DNA of 64,000 nucleotides from Octopus vulgaris (taxonomy: Eukaryota), in the NCBI GenBank assembly GCA_951406725.2, contig OX597816.1, positions 162,192,001 through 162,256,000 on the forward strand, given 5' to 3'. Below the pieces are notes generated by a model. It saw only the letters and a program-made list of their open reading frames with translations, ran no database searches and was not told the origin of the DNA. Each line of letters opens with the position of its first letter. The first letter of the stretch is position 1. Below, one piece after another: positions 54,927 to 64,000 of this stretch. The translations under genes and the position numbers were made by a program.

Positions 54927-55171
54927 CAGATAGATACAAAAATAGATAGATGGAAATGTGGGGAAAGAGGAAGGGGAGAGGACGGCAACAAAGGAAAAAG
55001 AAAGAGAAATAGAATGATGAAAGGGAGACAGAAATTTTTTCGCTCCGTTCAATTTTGAAAAATTTGTTGCTGTTGATGTGTTACCGATGATGTGGTGGTG
55101 AATATTCATTTCTTTCATACATGTGCTATTGTTTTCTTGCTAGTGTACTTGTATGTATGTCTGTTCCTTTA

Positions 55172-55254
<83 letters not shown>

Positions 55255-55484
55255 TATTTTATATATATAGATATACATACGTTGGTGTGTGAGTGAATAT
55301 TTGCATTTATGCGTATATATGTGTTTTGTTATATTCATTTATCTTTATCTAAGTAGGAGATTAAAATCTCTTGGGTAAGATGTGGTGGGGTTGAATAGGG
55401 AGAAAATCCTTCTAGATTATTGCGGAGTTGAAAGAGTGAAATTATGTATGTATATCTAGATATGAATATGTATATACATATGTA

Positions 55485-55615
<131 letters not shown>

Positions 55616-55743
55616 GTATGTATGTATGTATATGCCTAGAAAATGCATACATGCTTGTGTGAAGAAAGAATTTTATATGAGCATTAATGAAATCATATAA
55701 ACAAAGACATATTGATATATATACTTATATATATATATATATA

Positions 55744-55935
55744 AAGGCGGGAATATAGGCATGGCTGTTTGGTAAAAAGCTTGCTTAGTAACAAGAAGAT
55801 TCTGGGTTCAGTCCAACTGTAAGTTTCCTTGGGAAGGTGTCTTCTACTATAATCTCCAGCCAACCAAAGCCTTCTGAGTAGATTTGAAACCAAAGCCGTC
55901 TGAGTGGATTTGAAACTGTAAGCAGTTCGTCGTAT
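55744..55935 (+). mobile_element. SINE family A, 5' module (diverged, with an internal duplication)
   Basis: ACCAAAGCC...TGAGTRGATTTGAAAC repeated twice. Confidence 0.75.
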
Positions 55936-56024
55936 ATAAATGTGTGTATGCGACGTACGCGTGTGTGTGTGTGTGTGTGTGTGTTTAGAAGGATATATTA
56001 TTCGGGCGAATACCTTGGTAGCTC

Positions 56025-56345
56025 TCAGTTATGTTCCAGCTCACGGCTAACCGCATCAATTAGTATTTGACGTCTATGACTACTAGTAGTTATCGCTCAC
56101 GCTGTAAACTCCTCCGATGGGTAATTCAGTGTTCGCTTCACTTGATGGTAATATTTTCTGGAGTGTATATTTGCAATAATTCTAACGATGGAGAATGGTA
56201 CATCCTCAAAATTTATTTCCTTTTATTTTACGTATGTCATACAGTATATTTTTATGGTTACGACTACCTATGCCCGGTTGCTTATGCAACTGCTTATACT
56301 CTGTGCAGCGAAAACACGTGTAGGTCATCGTAACTATAAAAATAT
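56025..56345 (+). repeat. PLE-type terminal repeat, diverged direct copy of 58590-58910
   Basis: Shared blocks ACGGCTAAC, CCGATGGGTAATTC, GTACATCC.CAAAATTTATT and GAAA(A)CACGTGTAGGTCAT. Confidence 0.7.
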
Positions 56346-56405
56346 GATGTATATTATACCGTAAAACAAAGGGAAATAAAGTTTGACGATGTACCAGTTG
56401 TATCG

Positions 56406-56448
<43 letters not shown>

Positions 56449-56452
56449 AATC

Positions 56453-56821
56453 TCCGATTTTAAGCGAGATTGGTCCGAACGATTGACTGGAAAAGGAAGA
56501 GCTAACCCAGGCCAGAATCGATCCCACAACTCAACGCTGAAATGGCTCATTGCGCAACCGATTGGGTCAACACGCTAACTCATCAAATGCAGCCAAATTA
56601 TATGTATAGATACTTACAAAGCCTTCGGGTTTGTTTACAAATATTATATGTTGTACTAGACAGTTATGTATCTATATCTGGCTGAATTTGATGGGTGGGT
56701 GTGTTGGCTCAATCGGATGCGTAAGGAGCCATGTAAGCATTGATTTGTGAGTTCGATTCTGGCCTGGATTATCTCATCATTTTTCAGTCAATCGTTTAGA
56801 TAAATGTTACTTTAAATCGGA
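56453..56821. other. Foldback element: two 143-bp inverted arms with tRNA-like A/B boxes and an 83-bp spacer
   Basis: Arms 56453-56595 and 56679-56821 align without gaps, 114/143 identical by hand count; TA-rich flanks. Confidence 0.9.
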
Positions 56822-56849
56822 ATATATATACTTTTATTATAGTTCTTAT

Positions 56850-58330
56850 TGTATAAAAGACTTTCATCGTGGCCTTTTCTCCGTAACATGCAAAGTCTCC
56901 GGTTTCTTTTACAAATATTATACGGTTAGACACGTATTTAAAGATGTTAGGAATAGGCATAGGAAGCGACGTAGTGGTAGTGAGGAGGTAAGTAAAACCA
57001 AGAGCTCACCTTCTAGAATAAGGGAAGTAATATGGTTCGCCCTTTCCTTTTCGCTTAGAGTTCGAAATTTGCGCAAGCTGTTTTTTAGGATCCTGAAGGA
57101 GAATCTCCCAAATAATCATAAATGCTACAGCATTTGCAATAAGTCTTCTATTAAGTTCTATTACGTAGTAACGCCAGATTTGGTTTCCATTACTGCATCT
57201 GTTAATAGAAGCAAGTGAAATGGGTAAGGGCACTGGAAGTGTTCTTCTGCTAGAAACCCCGGTACTGGGCAGGTAAGATCTAATACGCCTAAGGTTAGTG
57301 ATACAAATCATTTACTCTCACCGGTCGTATCGCACCCCAGTAATGCGATGTGTGTAGAACATGGGAAACCAGACAAGTAATGTTATTAGTAGTAATAAGG
57401 TTAGGGATGGCTCTGGAAAATCATGTAATTGTAGAAACCCTTGATTATGTCCTCTTGATGGGTTCTGCCTCATTACTAATGCAATATATAAATGCGTTGT
57501 TAAAGAAGAGGGTAATTTGGATAAGTTTTATATAGGCTGTACAGTAAATTTTAAGACTACTAATAGGGCCCACTTGAACTCCTTTTCGAATGAAAAATAC
57601 TGTAATTCTACTACACTTGCCTTTTATATACACGGTCTAAAGAGGAAAAATAATAGATATTCTCTGGAATGGTCCATCAATAGTACTTCAGAGTAAATGT
57701 AAATGAGTGTAAGTTGTGTGTAAGGGAATCCCTTGCCATCTTTAAGTCTTTGGGGCCAAAAACTTTATTAAATTTAATGAGGTGATCCTTTTTGCAAGCA
57801 CAGGTTTTCTTCTACCTTTTTGAAAGTGTATAGAAATACAAGTAGATGTAATAGAATTGTTTAGTTTTGAAACCGGCGAGCTTGAATTTCTATTAACAAC
57901 AGCCACCTACATGTTTAGCAATAAAATAATTCGTTTTTTTTTGTGTGTTAGGAAATTTGGACTGGTCCACTGATGGGTTTATCTTTAAAATTAGGCCATG
58001 CGGCGATATACGAACTTTTTAGCTTTTTGCTTTGTGCGTGTTTTCTGTTTCCTGTTTATCCTGATGAGGTGGGGGTCATCGCCGTGAAGCACTTTAGTGT
58101 GATTAAACCACGTTGGTGAGCTCCCGAATGGCCATTGATGTATATGTATTTAAATTTGTATTTAAATTTGACCTTGTGAAAGTCTGTTTGCTCATGAACA
58201 TGGTTTTAATATTTAACTTTGGACGTACCTTGTGTGAGCAGAGTAAAAAAACAACTTTTAAAAATATTTTTAATCGTTTGACAAAACTTTTTTAGTTGTT
58301 TGATATTTTATATTATCTTAGTTTATTAGT
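56850..58330 (+). mobile_element. Penelope-like element fragment (linker, GIY-YIG endonuclease, 3' region), degenerate
   Basis: From 57021: REVIWFALSFSLRVRNLRKLFFRILKENLPNNHKCYSICNKSSIKFYY; from 57421: SCNCRNP*LCPLDGFCLITNAIYKCVVKEEGNLDKFYIGCTVNFKT...HLNSF...NSTTLA...; then ECKLCVRE...LLN...CKHR. Confidence 0.9.
58057..58140 (+). ncRNA. Hammerhead-like motif with a long helix II, downstream of the PLE ORF
   Basis: Helix I TATC/GATG; CTGATGA at 58061-58067; ~16-bp helix II (GGGGGTCATCGCCGTG/CACGTTGGTGAGCTCC); GAA (one A short); palindromic ATGGCCAT helix III. Confidence 0.6.
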
Positions 58331-58547
58331 TTTTTCGTAGTATGGTAGAATTTCTATGAATTTTAAGTCATTTATATTTACCTTTTTGATAGGCCGTTCT
58401 AGTTGTATTTTATTCGGATATATATTTTTTACCTTCTATGTTTTTATGTATATGTATGTTTAGTTTTTTTATGTATATGTATATTTTTTATGTGTTTAAG
58501 AACCATAAATATTTATGGCTGTATGGAGACCGATTCTTTGGATAAAC

Positions 58548-58578
<31 letters not shown>

Positions 58579-58804
58579 CGTATTACCGTATTAGTTAAGT
58601 TCTAGTTTACGGCTAACTAGGATGATTATTATCTAACATCTGTGATTCAATTAGCTGTTAGTCTCTTCGTGAATTCTTCCGATGGGTAATTCTGTGTACT
58701 GTTCGCTGGGTGTTGAAAACTGTCAGGAGTATATATTATTATTGATAACAATGAGGTGTATAGAGTCTTGTACATCCACAAAATTTATTTTATAGTTATC
58801 GAGG

Positions 58805-58904
58805 ATGACCAATTGGACGGATCCTGATGAAGCTACACCGACAATAATGCAAGGTTATATTTGCAGCAGTGACTAGTCGCTGCAGGGAAACACGTGTAGG
58901 TCAT
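58805..58904 (+). ncRNA. Type I hammerhead ribozyme-like motif with a branched helix II
   Basis: CTGATGA at 58824-58830; GAAA at 58887-58890; helix III A-C(ACGT)G-T; GUA site; 3' GGTCAT pairs with GATC or with upstream ATGACC. Confidence 0.65.
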
Positions 58905-59432
58905 TATAATATGCTGCATATAGCTAAGATAAATTTAGTTATTAAATCCCCATACTCTTTGTTATTAATATGTGTGTGTGTGTGTCTGTGTGTGTGTGTT
59001 ATCAAATCTCATTGGAATTGGTTTGGTGTTGATTCGTTATACAATATTATGGGAAGTGTAATTTGAAAACTGTAGACTGTGATATGATTTTAATTAAACT
59101 TGATTATAACTTTAGGTACAATGTAAATGCCACTGTTTTCTTTTGGAGAGAAAGTATTTTCGTAATAGCTGAGTTATCTAATCTGGGAAATACATCCTCT
59201 CTTTCCCTGCTCTCTCTGTCTCTCTCAATGTCTCTTACCTTATCTATTATTAGATAAGTTAGTAAGAAATGTAAACAAGAATAAACAGTTTCTATTCATT
59301 TGGTGAAGGTTCATTCGCGTTACATTTGTATGGCTGTATGGAGACCGATTCTTTGGATAAACTATTATATATATATATATATATATGAAAATAGAACTAC
59401 CATAACCACCATTAATATTACAAAATCTGTTT

Positions 59433-59650
59433 CAGGCGGTGAGGTGGCAAAATCTTTAGCACGCCGGACAAAATGCTTAGCAGAATTTCGTCTGTCGTTA
59501 CGTCCTGGGTTCAAATTCCGCCGAGGACGACATTTACCTTTTATCATTTCAGGGTCGATAAAATAAGTACTAGTTGAGCACTGGGATTGATGTAATCGAC
59601 TTACTCCCTGTCCTGAACTTGCTGGCCTTGTGCCAAAATTTTGAAACCAA
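59433..59650 (+). mobile_element. SINE family C
   Basis: AGGCGGTGAGGTGGCAAAATC...GGGTCGATAAAATAAGTACTAG...GCCTTGTGCCAAAATTTTGAAACC; degenerate TSD AAYATTAYAAAAT. Confidence 0.85.
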
Positions 59651-60124
59651 CATTATAAAATATGCTTATACGTTGAGTATAGCATTATATAAAGGTTCTT
59701 TCTAAAACGCTTTAAGTTTTTTGTCTCTACCATTTGTATCACCAAATGAGTAGACGTGCTTTCGCGCTAGCAATTAGTGTTGACTGCATTATAGTTGGGT
59801 GTGTTAGTATTATTGGCAGTATTATGACATTGGTTATTTAATCGCTCTGCAATATGACATTTGAAATACTTATCACAAATAAAATTTTATAAGTTATTAA
59901 ACACAATCATGAATCCATTACATAAATATCATCAAATTTTAAGTAAAAAGCCATATATCTCTAATATTCTACTAGACTACACTTTGTTAATATACTTACG
60001 TCATTGAACATGTTTAAAATCAATAAAAACCCGGTAACAGAATCAGAATATAGATTGAAGGAAATGCTCGATATAGAAACACATGAACGCGCACACACAT
60101 ACACACCCACGCATGCACACACAC

Positions 60125-60157
<33 letters not shown>

Positions 60158-60619
60158 ATATATCGGACTGACACCAAACCCATTAAAAAAGAGCTATAAT
60201 CAACATATGTAAGCATTTTGAGATATGAATGCTTGTCCTGATACCGTACCTTCCATTTAGATAAGGAGCTGAAAGGCAAACAAAAACCTGCTGAATAACA
60301 GCCATTCAAAGGCATATCTATTTCCAGGCAAAACTTTTAAGATATTTCAACACTATATACTAATCCTTGATCTTGATGTAAATAGTAACACTTCTTTATC
60401 CCAATTTCCCTATAATTTAATCAATCGATTTTATATGAAAAGTTCAATTCAAATTTCGAGGGCAAAATCGAACAATACTATCACGTAAATTTGTATAGCG
60501 TTTATTTTCAGACTCAGTATTACATTATTGATTATTATAATATTTGGATTTTGAAATCATATTATATACTTTATCAATATGTTTGTCATTCATATATTTT
60601 TGCGCTATTATTATTATTA

Positions 60620-60663
<44 letters not shown>

Positions 60664-60851
60664 GTTATTATTATTATTATCTCTTATCAATTTTATTTAT
60701 GTACATATAAAATATACGCGTGTATTTCTCTGTGGATGTTATTAATGTGTAGCAATATACACGTATATGTACATTACTTATTTTATATCTTAATCATCAT
60801 AAAGGTGTAATTTACATGATCGTTATTAATATTGTTATCACTAAAAAGGTG

Positions 60852-60882
<31 letters not shown>

Positions 60883-61306
60883 TGCTGCATCATCATCACC
60901 ATCATCGTATTTATTGTGTTTTTATCTACGTTGTCTACATTAGCGACTCCATAAAATCATTTTATTATTTTAACTACCTTCAAAAGTAAGAAAAATTTCA
61001 CTTTTTACATTATAATTGAAATTTTTAATTGTTAATTTCTCATTTTAAGTTCAATAATGTCAATTTTAAATTCAAATTATTGCTATAAAGAATTAATCCA
61101 TATTATTCACTCTCAGTACAAACACCACCTAAATGGAAGTTCATCTCAAAATATACACTAGATAAACTCTACATATAGTATGCATGTAAATACTATCTCG
61201 CGAGTTGAACTATAATAAATGAGAGGCTGGCTGATATTGAAAGAAACGAAGATTTAGAATTAACAATTAATTTGAAGTATATAAAGTTAAACAAATCAGT
61301 TCTATA

Positions 61307-61551
61307 CGGTGTTCAAAAAGTCTCTCCGCAGTAAATATTTTAGTGCAAAAGAAATATAAATAAGGCTACAAAAGAATGTGTTAAACTTTACAAGGCTTTA
61401 AAAAATGTATAAGTTGTTGAAAGTGTCGTCCTTCATTTACAATATATAAGTTGACTCTTCTTGACGTGTTTTGAAATACATCTTGGACAGTCTGAGTCTT
61501 GGAAATAGTGGATAAAAATCTTCACTGCGGAGAGACTTTTTGAACACTTTG
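61307..61551 (-). mobile_element. Tc1/mariner MITE-like deletion derivative, 245 bp
   Basis: TIRs GTGTTCAAAAAGTCTCTCCGCAGT / ACTGCGGAGAGACTTTTTGAACAC with TA flanks. Confidence 0.9.
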
Positions 61552-61579
61552 TATGTATACACACACACATATATATGCA

Positions 61580-62145
61580 CAGGATGTTCAAAAAGTCTCT
61601 CCGCAGTAAGTATTTTATTATAAAATAAATATTTATAAGAATACAAAAGAATATATTAGACTTTACAAGACTTTAGAAAACTTCATAAGAGGTGTTGAAA
61701 GTGTCGTTCTTCATTTTTAGTACATAAGCTGACTCTTCTACATATGTTTTGAACTACATTTCGGAGAGTCTGACGCGATATGGACCGTGTGAAGGTTATG
61801 ATTGTGTCTTTTAGCTCATTAATGGTCACTGGGCGATTCTTGTACACTGATCCTTTACTTGCTCCCCAGGAAAAAATGTCTGGACATGTTAAATCAGATG
61901 ATTTTGGTGGCCAAAATCTCTTCGAAATAATCCGTTCACCAAAAAATTCTTGAAGTAATGCCGTAGTGATGTGCGAAGTATGTGCTATAGCTCCATCTTG
62001 CTGAAAGTATGGCATTATTAATTTCACTTTCAGTGAGTTGGTCTGCAAATGGATAGACAATATTTGAGCAATATCACTTGGTGTTGATGGTGTCATAAAA
62101 AAACATTGGTCGCACATCACTGTGGAGAGAATTTTAAACACCCTG
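61580..62145 (-). mobile_element. Tc1/mariner superfamily deletion derivative retaining the transposase C-terminus (rosa/DD41D-like, 38-residue D-D spacing)
   Basis: Same TIRs; ORF 61683-62141 reads FQQDGAIAHT...FFGERIISKRFWPPKSSDLTCPDIFSWG...VYKNRPVTINELK. Confidence 0.9.
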
Positions 62146-62504
62146 TACTTACCAATAAAAATTAAAAAGAAAAGTTTAATCCAAAAGGCTCTTTTAATAT
62201 ATTTAGGTATTGAAGTGAATGATGTTGGAAGATATGTAGCCTTATAGCCTTATGGTTGAAATTTATTAAACAACAAAAGACGAAGGCAGGTATATGAACA
62301 ACAGGCGTTTGACACTTGGGAAATGAAAAAGCCTTTTACGTTTCGAGCCTTATGCCTCCTTATAATTTTATGCATCCTTTGGCAACTTAAGAAAACGAAG
62401 ATGAGGAAGACGAAGAAGATGAAGGAAATGAAGTGTGTAAATGAGTGTAAAGTTGAATGTTCCTATCATGTGTGAAGAATTTAAGGTTATTACTTTATTC
62501 TTAC

Positions 62505-62895
62505 TTGCATTCTTTTAATAGTTTCAGTTGCCGGACTGCGACTATGCTGGAGCACCGACCATTTTATTTTTATTCTTCACTTCTTTTTAGTTTTGTTGCC
62601 GCTTTATGATTGAAAGTAGGTCGATGATCGAGTCTGTAGTTGCTGATCTCCCTTGAGAGTATCCTTGAATGGTTGGTTGGTCAGGTATCATTGTTAGGAG
62701 TTCATCCAATGCTTTTTCGAAAGTTTCAGTAGTGGTCCCTTTAATATTTCTAATTTTTGGGGGGTAAGCAGTTGAATACTTGAGGACCTCTGAACATTAG
62801 ACTGGTACAATAGAGCGTTTTTGCTCATGAGTTTGAAGATGGTATTTGGAAACTGATGATACCTACCAGTTGGAGCATTAAAACTTTTACCCATT
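62505..62895 (-). mobile_element. CR1-clade LINE 3' end whose tail matches the SINE A tail
   Basis: Minus strand reads SLMFRGPQVFNCLPPK(fs)IRNIKGTTTETFEKALDELLTMIPDQPTIQGYSQGRSATTDSIIDL; 3' end CGGTGCTCCAGCATAGTCGCAGTCCGGCAACTGAAAC. Confidence 0.8.
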
Positions 62896-63002
62896 TACTT
62901 TTACTCCTTCCCCTCACTTAGCGGTCATTCAAATAGCTCTTGTCTTAATAACGGTCAATCACATTGTAATTTCCCTTTGATTTTCATAGCATTTTTTCCG
63001 AT

Positions 63003-63073
63003 GGCCGGATAACTAAAGAAATGGCGGCGTAGATTTCCACCCCGACATCCGAAACTCGGAGTTTTATCATGGC
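63003..63073 (+). ncRNA. Hammerhead-like motif (same family as 25981-26086)
   Basis: Helix I GATAA/TTATC extended by GGCC/GGCT; core CTAAAGA (G5 to A); long imperfect helix II; GAAA at 63051-63054; near-palindromic ACTCGGAGT; GUU site. Confidence 0.55.
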
Positions 63074-63199
63074 TACCGAATAATTGTCATATATTACATT
63101 TACATGGTTTTAAATTGATATTAATTAAATTAATATTCAATTTATCTCCCTCATTATTTAAATATATATATATATATATATAATAGAAATATTAAAATT

Positions 63200-63427
63200 A
63201 CTAAGTCTCTCTAAAGGAGATTACGGCAGCGTTACTGGAAATTAATAGTTATCGCCATACTTATATGGCAGTCTTATAAATATAAGACTACAGCTGTCGC
63301 TGATCAGCTCCAAGAGGCCACCGCCTCAAGCTAGCTATTTGACACACAATCTGCGTCCATTATAAACCTTCGAACAGGGGAGGTCAGCCGCTTCATCCTG
63401 CCAGTCAGACAGCTGCAGACATATTTC

Positions 63428-63430
<3 letters not shown>
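63200..63430 (-). repeat. Unclassified interspersed repeat, homologous to 11606-11825
   Basis: Shared motifs described for 11606-11825. Confidence 0.75.
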
Positions 63431-63480
<50 letters not shown>

Positions 63481-63502
63481 ATTTTTGTATGTCTATATAT
63501 AT

Positions 63503-63619
<117 letters not shown>

Positions 63620-63943
63620 AGCATAGGTATATGCCAGTATGTATATGTATTTTTGACCACATGTCTTTGTGTCTGAGCACCTACATCAGTCTTAGATGTA
63701 TGTAAGATTATATGTGCACATACGCATGTCATACATGCATGCATTTGCGTCTAAAATGTCAGGCTGGCAAATTCATTTCACAACATTCATTTGTTTATAT
63801 CGTCCAAATTCATTTATCTGGATGACCTTCATTCTTCCTTTCTGCCCCGTCTCTCTCTCCCTCTCCCCCCTCTCTCTCTCTTTCTTTGCTCTTTCAAGTG
63901 TTCCATACTGACGCACACACGTATAACCAGATGCATCGATGAA

Positions 63944-63978
<35 letters not shown>

Positions 63979-64000
63979 GCAGACAAACACACACATGTAT

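Overview
Eukaryotic, AT-rich, repeat-saturated non-coding DNA, probably a large intron or an intergenic interval. The SINE families and extreme microsatellite load point to a coleoid cephalopod, most likely Octopus (inference). No host gene can be called with confidence; one candidate exon sits at ~24.75 kb, and almost all long ORFs in the track are microsatellite artefacts. The window holds three tRNA-derived SINE families (called A, B and C here); decayed LINE fragments of the RTE, L1/Tx1, CR1 and R4/Dong clades; Penelope-like (PLE) fragments with GIY-YIG remnants; and mariner and rosa/DD41D-related Tc1/mariner deletion derivatives. The most interesting signals are: (1) about ten type I hammerhead-ribozyme-like motifs, mostly with palindromic helix III, several directly downstream of PLE ORFs; (2) an ungapped 143-bp-arm foldback with tRNA-like Pol III boxes and a C(UUCG)G hairpin inside a PLE cluster at 56-59.4 kb; (3) a Tx1 element inserted into (TATC)n with a visible TSD; (4) SINE 3' tails matching LINE 3' ends in the same window (A with CR1, C with Tx1); (5) composite, nested and dimeric SINE units, and a ~112-bp target duplication. 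All translations, alignments and folds were done by eye, so boundaries are approximate.
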